A stretch of 64,000 bases of DNA from positions 256,776 to 320,775 of the forward strand of contig CP179889.1 in NCBI GenBank assembly GCA_047456315.1. The letters run 5' to 3'. Every line of letters begins with the position of its first letter. The stretch's first letter is position 1. The DNA is from Candidatus Nealsonbacteria bacterium. GTDB lineage: Bacteria > Patescibacteriota > Minisyncoccia > Minisyncoccales > JANBVM01. The notes beneath the pieces are model-generated. The model was not told the DNA's origin. It did not search any database and saw only the letters and a list, made by a program, of their open reading frames with translations. A program made the position numbers and the translations under genes. Below are positions 8,774 to 18,355 of the stretch, in pieces.

Positions 8774-9436
8774 ATGTTCTTCCTCCCCTTTGCTTTTATT
8801 ATATTTATCCTTTTTATATTCTTACTACCCGTTTTATTTTTACTGGGCTATTTTCACATTATTGTGGTTGGTTTTGAATCTTTAGGAATCTCTCCTCAAG
8901 CTACACTATTAATTCTTTATTCAATTTTAATTGGTTCTTTGATTAATATTCCTCTAACAAAAAAGAAATTAGTTTTAGTTCAAGAATCAAGGTTTTTTGG
9001 ATTATTTAGCAAGCCAAAAATAGAACAGCAATACCTGGCAATTAACTTAGGTGGAGGAATTATTCCAGTCCTGCTTTCTTTTTATTTTCTTTTTATTGTT
9101 AATTCCCAGGGCTTTGAATTGAAACCAATTTTCATAGCCACAGCTTTAATGACTGTTGTGTCCAAGCTCTTCTCAAGAGTTATTCCAGGAAAAGGAGTTG
9201 TTGTTTCAGCTTTTATACCACCTGTTTTTTCAGCTCTTTTTTCTTTAGTTTTAGCACCAGGTTATGCTGCGCCTTGTGCTTTTATTTCAGGGATTTTAGG
9301 AACTTTAATTGGAGCTGATCTATTAAACATTCCGAAAATTAAGAATTACAGAGGATACCTTTCGATTGGCGGAGCAGGGGTGTTTGATGGAATACTTTTA
9401 ACAGGACTTGTTTCAGCTTTGCTTTCAGGATTCTAA
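8774..9436 (+). CDS. polytopic membrane protein (DUF1614-like)
   Basis: 220 aa and highly hydrophobic, with about 6 predicted TM segments. The family assignment is from memory of DUF1614 N-termini only. Confidence 0.4.
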   Translation: MFFLPFAFIIFILFIFLLPVLFLLGYFHIIVVGFESLGISPQATLLILYSILIGSLINIPLTKKKLVLVQESRFFGLFSKPKIEQQYLAINLGGGIIPVLLSFYFLFIVNSQGFELKPIFIATALMTVVSKLFSRVIPGKGVVVSAFIPPVFSALFSLVLAPGYAAPCAFISGILGTLIGADLLNIPKIKNYRGYLSIGGAGVFDGILLTGLVSALLSGF

Positions 9437-9476
9437 AAGAGTTGACTTATTTTAAAGAAAGTGGTAAAACAATATT

Positions 9477-10448
9477 ATGGAAGAATTTAATTATAATAAT
9501 ATTTGCTCAGACTTACTCAGCAGCTTAAATGGCAAGCAAAAAGAAACAATACTTCGTAGGTTTGGTCTGGGAAAAACTAATAGAGAGACCCTGGAAGCAA
9601 TTGGCAGGGATTTTGGAGTATGCAGAGAAAGGGTGCGCCAGATTCAGGTAGCTGGCTTAGAAAAAGTAAAACGAAAGATTAAAAAACACGATAAAGTTTT
9701 TCAGTTTTTCTCTAATTATTTAAAATCTTTTGGTGGGCTAAAAAAAGAAGACATCCTGTTGGAAGAATTAGGTGGTAATGGAAATAAAAATGAAGTTTAT
9801 TTTCTTTTATCTTTAAAAGAGCCGTTTCAAAGAATCAATGAAAACAAGGATTTTCATTCTTACTGGATGATAAATAAAGCAAGCTTTCAGTCAGTCAAAA
9901 AAACAGTTGACGTTTTAAGCGCTCAGCTTAGAAAAACAAAGAAACCATTATCTTTGAAACAATTAAAAATAGGTTTAAAAGGAAAAGTTTTGAAATCTTT
10001 TTTAGAGGTTTCTAAAAAAATCCAGCAAAATGAAGACAAACTCTATGGTCTTTCTTCTTGGCCTGAGATTAATCCAAGAGGTATAAAAGATAAAGCTTAT
10101 TTGGTATTTAAAAAAACAAATAAACCACTTCACTTCAGAGAAGTTACCGAGTTAATTGAGAACAGCCATGTTCAGACAGTTCATAATGAATTAATCAAAG
10201 ATCCAAGATTTATTTTAGTTGGAAGAGGAACATATGCCTTATTAGAATGGGGCTATTATCCAGGCCAGGTAAAGGATGTAATCTCAAGCATTTTGAAAGA
10301 GGCTAAAAAACCTTTAGCTAAAAATGAGATTTTAAAAGAAGTGTTAAGGCAGAGGATTGTAAAGGAAAACACTATTTTATTGAACCTAAACAATAAAAAT
10401 TACTTTTTAAAGAACTCTAAAGGGGAATATACAATAAAAGAAATTTAA
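9477..10448 (+). CDS. sigma-70 region-4-like HTH fused to HARE-HTH domain protein
   Basis: ETLEAIGRDFGVCRERVRQIQVAGLEKV is region-4-like. The C-terminal KPLHFREVTELI...HNELIKDPRFILVGRGTYALLEWGY is HARE-HTH-like, as in the RNA polymerase delta subunit. Confidence 0.6.
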   Translation: MEEFNYNNICSDLLSSLNGKQKETILRRFGLGKTNRETLEAIGRDFGVCRERVRQIQVAGLEKVKRKIKKHDKVFQFFSNYLKSFGGLKKEDILLEELGGNGNKNEVYFLLSLKEPFQRINENKDFHSYWMINKASFQSVKKTVDVLSAQLRKTKKPLSLKQLKIGLKGKVLKSFLEVSKKIQQNEDKLYGLSSWPEINPRGIKDKAYLVFKKTNKPLHFREVTELIENSHVQTVHNELIKDPRFILVGRGTYALLEWGYYPGQVKDVISSILKEAKKPLAKNEILKEVLRQRIVKENTILLNLNNKNYFLKNSKGEYTIKEI

Positions 10449-10466
10449 CTTTTAAAGGAATAAAGG

Positions 10467-10500
10467 AAAAGAGCGCTAGAGATAGAGCTCTTTTTCTTTT
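10467..10500 (+). terminator. intrinsic terminator
   Basis: Stem AAAAGAGC (10467-10474) / GCTCTTTT (10487-10494), running into a T-rich tract. Confidence 0.5.
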
Positions 10501-10549
10501 GTTTTTAGATATGTATAATGAGATAATGGTAATTAAAATAACATAATTT

Positions 10550-11878
10550 ATGATACCAGCAGCCCCTTCAGTTCCATCTTTTACAGCTTTGGTTTTAGGA
10601 TATTTATGGCAGATATTTAGAGTTTGGTGGTGGTTACCTGCTCCATTTATTTTATGGAAGCCGTTTGCGTATTTATGGGATTACTGGAAAACATACTGGT
10701 GGATAAGAACAGTTTACAAGCCAATTCTTATGGAAATTAAGCTTCCAAAAGAAACTGTTAAGCCAATGAGAGCAATGGAAGACGTGATGAATAGTTTTCA
10801 CAGCTCTGTTTATCATCCGCCTGATTGGTGGGAAAAACATATTGATGGACAGATTCAAACATCAATTGCTTTTGAAATTGTTTCTTTGGGAGGAGATATT
10901 CATTTCTATATCAGGTGCCATGAGGGCTACAGAGATGCAGTTGAGGCAAGTCTTTATGCCCAGTATCCAGAAGCAGAAATTACAACTGCTGAAGATTACA
11001 CAAAAGCTGTTCCTCAGGATATTCCTAATGATAACTGGAATATGTGGGCAACAGATTACAAGGTGTTACAAGCTGATTATTACCCAATTGCAACTTATAA
11101 ACAATTCGAGACAGAAAGAGAAATCCTTGAAGAAAAAAGAATTGACCCGGTAGCAACACTTTTAGAAGGATTGTCAAAAGTAAAGCCGGGTGAGCAGTTC
11201 TGGATTCAGATGGCATGCAGTCCTATGTCTGAAGGTCCTGCTGAAGCATGGCGCAAAGAAGCTGAAGCAGAAAGAGATAAAATAGCAAAAAGGGATGTAA
11301 AAACACTAGTAGTAAAACCAATGCTTTTGGAAGCAGCTGATGTTCTTATTACTGGTAAAGTACCAGAAGAAAAAATTGAAGAAGTAACGACATTCCTTCC
11401 TCCTGAGATGAAGCTGACTCCAGGAGAAAGAATAATATTAGCTGGTCTGGAAGAAAAAATGTCCAAACCAATTTTTAATACTAATATCAGGTTTATTTTT
11501 CTTGGCAAACGAGAATTTTTCTATAAAGGGAACTTCAGGCTTGGTTTTGCTTTTTTTGGTAGCTATACAACTACTCATCTTAATGCTCTGGTTCCTTTTG
11601 GTCCAACTCTAAGTAAAATTAAAAAAGGCAGGTTCTTACCAATTAACGTTTTAATTCCAAGAAGATTGTATTTAAGAAACAGAAGAATGTTTAGAAATTA
11701 TATAACCAGACTCCATCCTCTTTTTCCCAGAACTCCACCAAAGAGTGCAAAATTTAAATTAAACACTGAAGAATTAGCTTCTTTATTTCACCTTCCTTCT
11801 TATACAATAGCCCCGGTTCCCGCTGTTTCAAGAGTTGAAGCAAAAAGAACTGCTCCGCCAAAAGTACCTACAGAATAA
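10550..11878 (+). CDS. membrane-anchored protein of unknown function, translationally coupled partner of the downstream ATPase
   Basis: 442 aa with a Trp-rich N-terminal TM region (WQIFRVWWWLPAPFILWKPFAYLWDYWKTYWWI). It ends 2 nt before the next start codon. Confidence 0.7.
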   Translation: MIPAAPSVPSFTALVLGYLWQIFRVWWWLPAPFILWKPFAYLWDYWKTYWWIRTVYKPILMEIKLPKETVKPMRAMEDVMNSFHSSVYHPPDWWEKHIDGQIQTSIAFEIVSLGGDIHFYIRCHEGYRDAVEASLYAQYPEAEITTAEDYTKAVPQDIPNDNWNMWATDYKVLQADYYPIATYKQFETEREILEEKRIDPVATLLEGLSKVKPGEQFWIQMACSPMSEGPAEAWRKEAEAERDKIAKRDVKTLVVKPMLLEAADVLITGKVPEEKIEEVTTFLPPEMKLTPGERIILAGLEEKMSKPIFNTNIRFIFLGKREFFYKGNFRLGFAFFGSYTTTHLNALVPFGPTLSKIKKGRFLPINVLIPRRLYLRNRRMFRNYITRLHPLFPRTPPKSAKFKLNTEELASLFHLPSYTIAPVPAVSRVEAKRTAPPKVPTE

Positions 11879-11880
11879 TC

Positions 11881-13497
11881 ATGGCTAGTAAAAACGAAAT
11901 AATATTGTTAGGAGAAACTACTTTCAGAAACCAGAGAAAAAGATTTGGTATAAAAACTGACGACAGACGTCGCCATGTTTATATTATTGGGAAAACAGGC
12001 ATGGGTAAAACTGCTCTTTTGGAAAACATGGCCATTCAAGATATTAGAGCAGGAAAGGGAGTGGGTATTATTGATCCTCATGGAGAAGCGGCTGAAAAAC
12101 TGCTGGATTTTGTTCCTGCAAAAAGAGTTAATGATGTAATTTATTTTAATCCAGCTGATTTAAACTTTCCAATGCCTTTTAATGTGATGGAGAAAGTTAC
12201 TCCTGAAAACAGGCATTTGGTTGCTTCAGGCCTGATGGATGTGTTTAAAAAGATATGGCCAGATGTCTGGTCAGCAAGAATGGAATATATTTTAAGCAAT
12301 TCTATTCTAGCTCTTCTGGAAGATCCAAACTCAACCCTTTTAGGTATTAATAGAATGTTGGCTGACCCTGATTACAGAAAAAAAGTAGTTGAAAGAGTAA
12401 AAGACCCAATGGTTAAGTCTTTCTGGGTTAATGAATTTGCCCGCTATACTCAAAGATATGAAGTTGAGGCAACTGCTGCTATTCAGAATAAGATTGGACA
12501 ATTGATTTCTAATCCTTTAATCAGGAACATTATTGGTCAGGTTAAATCAAAGCTTAATATGAGAAAGATGATGGATGAAAGAAAGATTTTTATAGCTAAT
12601 TTGTCAAAGGGCAGGATTGGAGAGGAGAATTCAAGACTTTTAGGCGCCCTTCTTGTTACAAAGCTTCAGTTATCAGCAATGTCAAGAGTTGATATACCTG
12701 AAAAAGAAAGAGAGGATTTCTTTTTATACGTTGACGAGTTTCAGAACTTTGCAACTGAAGCATTCGCCGATATTTTATCTGAAGCAAGAAAATATAGGTT
12801 ATCTTTAACTTTAGCTAATCAATACATGGCTCAGTTAGAAGAAATGACAGCTTTGGGAAGAAGCACCAAGGTAAGAGATGCTGTTTTTGGCAATGTGGGC
12901 ACTTTTGTTGTTTTCAGAGTAGGAGCAGAAGATGCTGAATATTTGGAAAAAGAATTTGTTCCAGAGATTATAGCAGAAGATTTAGTTAATCTGGCTAAAT
13001 ACAATATTTATATAAAGTTAATGGTTGATGGGATAGCAGGAAGGCCTTTTTCAGCCTATACCATTGAGCCCTATAAGTTAATTGAGGATTCACATAAAGA
13101 AAAAATCATCAAGCTTACAAGAGAAAGATACGGCATTGAAAGGCGTATTGTTGAAGATAAAATTAAACGATGGATGGGAGGAACAGAGTTTTCTGAAACC
13201 TTTCAGTCAGAACAAACTGTTCTCTATGATGCAATATGTTCTTCCTGCGGAAAAAAAACAAAACTAACCTTTAAGCCGGAAAAAGGAAGGCCTGTTTACT
13301 GCAAGCAATGTCTTAAGAATTTACGAAAGAAAAAAGAAGAAGCTTTCTCCTTGAAAGAAACTGAAAAACTGGAGCCAGTTTCATTTTTTCGTTCCAAAAA
13401 AACTGCTGAAAAAGAAAAACCAAAAAGAGAAAAAAGAAAAGTTGATATTGAAGAACTAAAGAAGAATTTAAAAAAAGCGCTTAAAAAAGAAGAATGA
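11881..13497 (+). CDS. VirD4/TraD/HerA-like P-loop ATPase with C-terminal CxxC...CxxC zinc ribbon and lysine-rich tail
   Basis: Walker A IIGKTGMGKT, Walker B FFLYVDEFQNF and LTLANQYMAQL. The C-terminus has CSSCGKKTKLTFKPEKGRPVYCKQC. Confidence 0.7.
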   Translation: MASKNEIILLGETTFRNQRKRFGIKTDDRRRHVYIIGKTGMGKTALLENMAIQDIRAGKGVGIIDPHGEAAEKLLDFVPAKRVNDVIYFNPADLNFPMPFNVMEKVTPENRHLVASGLMDVFKKIWPDVWSARMEYILSNSILALLEDPNSTLLGINRMLADPDYRKKVVERVKDPMVKSFWVNEFARYTQRYEVEATAAIQNKIGQLISNPLIRNIIGQVKSKLNMRKMMDERKIFIANLSKGRIGEENSRLLGALLVTKLQLSAMSRVDIPEKEREDFFLYVDEFQNFATEAFADILSEARKYRLSLTLANQYMAQLEEMTALGRSTKVRDAVFGNVGTFVVFRVGAEDAEYLEKEFVPEIIAEDLVNLAKYNIYIKLMVDGIAGRPFSAYTIEPYKLIEDSHKEKIIKLTRERYGIERRIVEDKIKRWMGGTEFSETFQSEQTVLYDAICSSCGKKTKLTFKPEKGRPVYCKQCLKNLRKKKEEAFSLKETEKLEPVSFFRSKKTAEKEKPKREKRKVDIEELKKNLKKALKKEE

Positions 13498-14633
13498 AGA
13501 AGTTTAGTGGATTTAATTTTAAAAACAAAACAGTTCTTCTAAGGTGTGATTTTAATGTCCCTATCTCGGAGAATGGGGAAGTTTTAGATGATTTCAGAAT
13601 CAGAAAAACTATTCCTACTATTAAATATTTGATAAAACAAAATGCAAAAATTGTTTTAATGAGCCATTTAGAAATTAGAAAAAAGGACTTAAGCTTGAGC
13701 TGTATTGTCCCAAAACTAAATGAGCTTCTGGATAAAAAGGTGGAATTATTAACTGATTATCTTGAAAGCGATGCGAATGAAAGAATAAAGAGAATGAGAG
13801 CTGGTGAAATAGTATTGTTAGAGAACCTGAGATTTCATAAAGAAGAAGAAGAGAATAATCAAGAGTTTGCCAAAAAGATTTCAGAACTGGCAGATTTTTT
13901 TGTTAATGAAGCATTTTCTGTTTCTCACAGGAATCATGCCTCTATTGTCTCTATTCCAAGATACCTGCCAGGCACAATCGGTATTTTATTTGAAAAAGAA
14001 TTAGCAGTATTATCAAAAGTTTCAGAAAATCCTAAACGACCCTTTGTAGTTATACTTGGTGGTGTGAAAGTGCAGACAAAAGTAAAAACTGTGATTAATC
14101 TTCTTGAAAAAAGTGATTACATGCTTTTAGGAAGCAAAATTGGAGAGGCAATACTAAGCGAAAAAGGAATATTAAGCCAAAGAGATTTTAAAAAATATGG
14201 ACTTGTAGCCAAAATTGATATAACAAATTTAAAGATTCATCTGCCCTTGGATGGATTCATCGGGCTAAAAGATTCAATGAATCATTTAAGAATAGGGACA
14301 ATAGGAACTTTAAAAAAAGAAGAAGATATCTATGACATTGGCCCAGAAACAATTAAACTTTTTACAAGAATAATTAAAAAAGCTAAAACAATCCTATGGA
14401 ATGGCCCTTTGGGCATGTGTGAGGATGAAAGATTTGAAACAGGAACAAAAGAGATATTAAATGCTGTGGTAAGCAATAAATCAGCTTTTAAGGTTGCTGG
14501 CGGGGGAAATACAATTTCAGTAATAACTAAATTTGGCTTAATTGATGGTTTTGACTTTCTTTCAACAGGCGGGGGAGCAATGCTGAAATTCTTAACAGGT
14601 GAAAAGCTTCCTGGTCTTGAAGCTCTGAACTGA
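13494..14633 (+). CDS. pgk: phosphoglycerate kinase
   Basis: 379 aa with KTVLLRCDFNVP, RIRKTIPTIKYL and SHRNHAS motifs. ATGA overlap with the upstream gene. Confidence 0.93.
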   Translation: MKKFSGFNFKNKTVLLRCDFNVPISENGEVLDDFRIRKTIPTIKYLIKQNAKIVLMSHLEIRKKDLSLSCIVPKLNELLDKKVELLTDYLESDANERIKRMRAGEIVLLENLRFHKEEEENNQEFAKKISELADFFVNEAFSVSHRNHASIVSIPRYLPGTIGILFEKELAVLSKVSENPKRPFVVILGGVKVQTKVKTVINLLEKSDYMLLGSKIGEAILSEKGILSQRDFKKYGLVAKIDITNLKIHLPLDGFIGLKDSMNHLRIGTIGTLKKEEDIYDIGPETIKLFTRIIKKAKTILWNGPLGMCEDERFETGTKEILNAVVSNKSAFKVAGGGNTISVITKFGLIDGFDFLSTGGGAMLKFLTGEKLPGLEALN

Positions 14634-14642
14634 TAAACAACT

Positions 14643-15788
14643 ATGATGATAAAGAATTTAAAAAAAGCAGCTGATAGAATACTAAAAGCAGTAAAGAGTA
14701 AAGAAAATATCATTTTATACGGTGACAATGATTTAGATGGAGCAGCTTCAGTTATTATTTTAAAAGAAACAATTACAACCTTGGGCAGTAAAGTTTCAGC
14801 AGTTTATTTTCCAGACAGAGAGCATGAAGGTTATGGAATAACAGAGAAAGCTCTAACGAAATTAAAAGAATTTTCACCCGCACTTCTGGTGGCGCTGGAT
14901 TGTGGGATCGGTAATTTTAAAGAAATAAAATTGGCAAAAAAGCTTGGATTTGATGTAATAGTAATTGATCATCATAAGATTTTAGGCAAGTTGCCTGAAG
15001 CTGATATTGTTGTGGATCCGAAACAAAAAGAAGAAACATATCCTTTTAAAGATTTTGCCACTGTAGGAATTATCTTTAAACTTGCAGAGCTATTGTTAAA
15101 AAACAAACTGGGTGATAATTTAAAGAAAAGCTTTCTGGAATTAGTTGCCTTAGCCACCATTGCTGATATGATGCCCCAGGTTGATGAGAATAAAAAATTT
15201 ATTGACGAAGGGTTAAGAAATATAGGGGATTCCTGGAGGCCTGGAATTAAAGTTTTTTTTAAGGATAAATTCTTCAAACAATATGATTTCCGTCAGAAAA
15301 TTTCAAAAATAATCTCAATATTGAATGTGCGTGATGTTCAAAACGGGTTTCCAGTTTCCTTTAGAATTTTAATAGAACCATCCATAGAAGAAGTTAGAAG
15401 AATAATTCCAGAGCTTCAGATAAAAAATGAAGAAAGAAAATTAAAAATCAGAAGAGTTGTTGCAGTGATAAAGCTGAAAGTTTCAAAAAGCGATTTACCA
15501 ATTATTTTTGAAGGTGGTTCAGATTGGGACTATACAATAATTTCACCTGTTGCTTCTCAGCTGTGCAATTATTTTAAAAAGCCAACTTTTATCTTCAAAA
15601 AATTAGAACATGAAACCCAGGGCACAGTAAGATCAACTTTTGATGTTGACAGTGTGGCTTTAATGGAGAATTGTAAAGAGCATGTAATTACTTATGGAGG
15701 TCATGCTCAGGCATCTGGTTTCAGGGTTAAAAATGAGAATCTTGAGAAATTTAAAAATTGCTTAATAGAAAACACTTTAAAATTATGA
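14643..15788 (+). CDS. DHH/DHHA1 family phosphoesterase (short RecJ-like exonuclease or NrnA-like)
   Basis: DNDLDGAAS, VIVIDHH (DHH motif) and GGHAQASG (DHHA1 GGH motif). Confidence 0.75.
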   Translation: MMIKNLKKAADRILKAVKSKENIILYGDNDLDGAASVIILKETITTLGSKVSAVYFPDREHEGYGITEKALTKLKEFSPALLVALDCGIGNFKEIKLAKKLGFDVIVIDHHKILGKLPEADIVVDPKQKEETYPFKDFATVGIIFKLAELLLKNKLGDNLKKSFLELVALATIADMMPQVDENKKFIDEGLRNIGDSWRPGIKVFFKDKFFKQYDFRQKISKIISILNVRDVQNGFPVSFRILIEPSIEEVRRIIPELQIKNEERKLKIRRVVAVIKLKVSKSDLPIIFEGGSDWDYTIISPVASQLCNYFKKPTFIFKKLEHETQGTVRSTFDVDSVALMENCKEHVITYGGHAQASGFRVKNENLEKFKNCLIENTLKL

Positions 15789-16228
15789 AAAAAATCACAA
15801 TCTATACTGACGGCGCTTCAAGAGGTAATCCAGGCCCGTCGTCTCTGGGAGCTGTTTTTAAAAATGAAAAAGATCAGGTTTTCAAAGAATATTCCCAATT
15901 CTTAGGAAATAAGCTGACTAATAATGAAGCAGAGTATTCAGCAGTAATTTTTGCTCTTAAAAAATTCAAGCTTTTGTTTGGAAAGAAAATGGCAAAAGTA
16001 AGTGAAGTTGAGCTTAAATCTGATTCAGATCTATTAGTTAAACAATTAAATGGAAAATACAAGATTATAGATAAGAAAATTCAAGAATTATTTTTAGAGG
16101 TCTGGAATTTAAGACTTGATTTTAAAAAAGTAAAATTCACTCATATTGCCAGAAGCAGGAATAAAAGAGCTGATGCTCTGGCCAACCAATCTTTAGATGA
16201 GCGGGTTAAAATACAGAAGCTTCTTTAA
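15785..16228 (+). CDS. rnhA: ribonuclease HI-like protein
   Basis: The track ORF starts at 15758. MKKITIYTDGASRGNPGPSS begins at ATG 15785, which overlaps the upstream TGA (ATGA). It also has NNEAEY and RADALAN motifs. Confidence 0.8.
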   Translation: MKKITIYTDGASRGNPGPSSLGAVFKNEKDQVFKEYSQFLGNKLTNNEAEYSAVIFALKKFKLLFGKKMAKVSEVELKSDSDLLVKQLNGKYKIIDKKIQELFLEVWNLRLDFKKVKFTHIARSRNKRADALANQSLDERVKIQKLL

Positions 16229-16241
16229 ATGTAGCAGTAAA

Positions 16242-16277
16242 AAGCAAAAACCACGTATAACGACGCGGTTTTTGCTT
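16242..16277. terminator. bidirectional hairpin terminator between rnhA (+) and rnpB (-)
   Basis: Stem AAGCAAAAACC (16242-16252) / GGTTTTTGCTT (16267-16277). A/T runs lie on both sides. Confidence 0.6.
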
Positions 16278-16634
16278 ATCCTAACAAGCCCATAAGCCGA
16301 ATTCTGTTTTAAGCAATCATTTGTCTTGGCCCTGAATTACTTCAGAGCTCATGCGAACTACTTTTTTCCTTTAGCAAAAACCAAAGGATTTGTTCTTGCA
16401 CCTGGTAAGGATTTAACCGTTTCACCCCTATATTGCTATAGGACTAGCCCGTAAAACGGGCTGCTTGACCTTTCGGTCTTGCACGTCTCTGCTCGCACCT
16501 CTACTTCAGTTATATTTTCCGAAGCGACGGCTGTTAGCCGCTACCTTTTTAACCCCCAGTAAATGGAGAGTAAGTGTTCGGACTTTCCTCTCTTTATTTT
16601 TCAATAAAGAGCGATTACCCGACTTGTTAGGATA
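16278..16634 (-). ncRNA. rnpB: RNase P RNA, bacterial type A
   Basis: The minus strand contains GAGAGGAAAGTCCGAAC (P4 5' strand) and ACAGAATTCGGCTTAT (P4 3' strand). P1 pairs CCTAACAAG with CTTGTTAGG. Length is about 357 nt; the ends are approximate. Confidence 0.9.
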
Positions 16635-16705
16635 TATATATTCTACTAGTTTTAATAAACTTTGTCAAATGGGATAATTTGTGTAAAATACGTTATATAA
16701 GAAGT

Positions 16706-18355
16706 ATGAAGGTTGATTTTTTAAACCATCAAACAAAAAGAGTTGGTTTTGCTGCAGTGATTTTAGCTTCATCGCACCTCATAAGCAGATTCCTGGGATT
16801 AATCAGGGACTGGCTTTTGGCCAGGAGTTTTGGAGCTGGAGTAAATCTTGACGTATATTTTGCTGCTTTTAAGATTCCTGACTTTGTATATCAAATATTT
16901 ATTTTAGGAGGAATTGTTGCCACTTTCTTGCCTTTGTTTTCAGAGCATTTCTCAAAAGACTCTGATGGAGCCTGGGAGTTTGCGTCAAACACTTTGAATG
17001 TTTTTTTGTTTTTGCTGATTTGTTTGTCTTTAATTCTTTTTATTTTTGCTCCATATATTACAAAACTCATTGCGCCTGGTTTTAGTGACCGGCAAATAGA
17101 CAAAACAATACTTTTAACAAGGTTAATGCTTTTGAGCCCGATTTTTTTTGGATTGAGTTCAATCTTCTCCAGCATTCTTCAATACTTTCACAGATTTTTA
17201 ATTTATAGTTTTGCTCCAATTGTATATAATTTATCAATTATCTTTGGTATTTTATTTCTTTCTCCGTATTTAGGAATATTGGGCGTAGCGTTAGGAGTTG
17301 TTGTTGGAGCGTTATTGCATTTTTTAATCCAGATTCCTTCAGTAGTGAACTGTGGGTTTAAGTACAGAACCATTTTAAATTTTAAAGACCCTAAAATTAA
17401 AAAAGTGTTTCTGCTTATGGTTCCCCGTGCTTTTGGGGTTTCCAGTCTGCAGATAAATGCCATTGTTATTAATGCCATTGCTTCAACTTTGGTTGTTGGT
17501 TCTATTTCAGTTTTTAATTTTGCCAATAATATTCGTCTTTTTCCAATTGCAATTATTGGCATTTCATTTGCAACAGCAGTTTTTCCAAAACTATCTCGCG
17601 CCTGGTCAGAAAACAAAAAAGAAAAATTTATTGATAGTTTTTCTTTGGTTTTCCGCCAGATTATTTATTTGGCTCTGCCAGTAGTTATTTTAATGTTTAT
17701 TTTAAGAAATCAAATAGTTAATCTTATTTTTAGACACGGTCAGTTCAGCGCTGAATCAGCGCAGCTTGTTAGCGCCAGCCTAGGACTCTTCTGTTTCGGG
17801 ATTTTATTTGCATCACTTCGGCCCTTGTTTTTCAGAGCATTCTTTTCCTTAAAAGATACAAAAACACCAACTTTACTTGCTGTGATTTTTGTGATTGTTA
17901 ATATTGTTTTCAGCTTGGTTTTAACCAGCGCTTTAAAACCAAATTCTTTACAGGCAGCAGGATTAAAGGATTTTTTAATTAAAAGCTTTTCTCTTCATCA
18001 AGTTAGTGATATTTCTGTGTTAGGTTTTCCTTTAGCTTATCTAATAGGCCTTGCTTTAGAGTTTTGTTTATTCCTTATTTTTCTTAAAAAAAGATTGGGT
18101 GATTTCAGGGTAAAAGAAATTCTTAATTCGCTTTCAAAGATTCTGGTCGCAGGCATTTTAATGGTATTTGTTGTTCAGTTCAGTTTTTTACAGATTGGAT
18201 TGATAGATTCCGACCTTTATCAGTTAATTCTTATTAGTTTCATTGGTTTTTTATCTTACCTTATTATTACTTTTATTTTTGGCTCAGCTGAAATTCAAGG
18301 CGTAAAAACATTGTTTTTTAACAAGTTTTCGCCTAAGGTTGATGACTATGACTAA
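16706..18355 (+). CDS. murJ: lipid II flippase MurJ (MviN family)
   Basis: The track ORF starts at TTG 16679, which abuts rnpB. The first ATG, at 16706, gives MKVDFLNHQTKRVGFAAVILASSHLISRFLGLIRD. The protein is polytopic. Confidence 0.88.
   Translation: MKVDFLNHQTKRVGFAAVILASSHLISRFLGLIRDWLLARSFGAGVNLDVYFAAFKIPDFVYQIFILGGIVATFLPLFSEHFSKDSDGAWEFASNTLNVFLFLLICLSLILFIFAPYITKLIAPGFSDRQIDKTILLTRLMLLSPIFFGLSSIFSSILQYFHRFLIYSFAPIVYNLSIIFGILFLSPYLGILGVALGVVVGALLHFLIQIPSVVNCGFKYRTILNFKDPKIKKVFLLMVPRAFGVSSLQINAIVINAIASTLVVGSISVFNFANNIRLFPIAIIGISFATAVFPKLSRAWSENKKEKFIDSFSLVFRQIIYLALPVVILMFILRNQIVNLIFRHGQFSAESAQLVSASLGLFCFGILFASLRPLFFRAFFSLKDTKTPTLLAVIFVIVNIVFSLVLTSALKPNSLQAAGLKDFLIKSFSLHQVSDISVLGFPLAYLIGLALEFCLFLIFLKKRLGDFRVKEILNSLSKILVAGILMVFVVQFSFLQIGLIDSDLYQLILISFIGFLSYLIITFIFGSAEIQGVKTLFFNKFSPKVDDYD

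Noticed and set aside
16465-16677. 70-aa plus-strand ORF from the track
   Set aside because: It lies entirely within the minus-strand RNase P RNA gene. The protein has no coding-like features.
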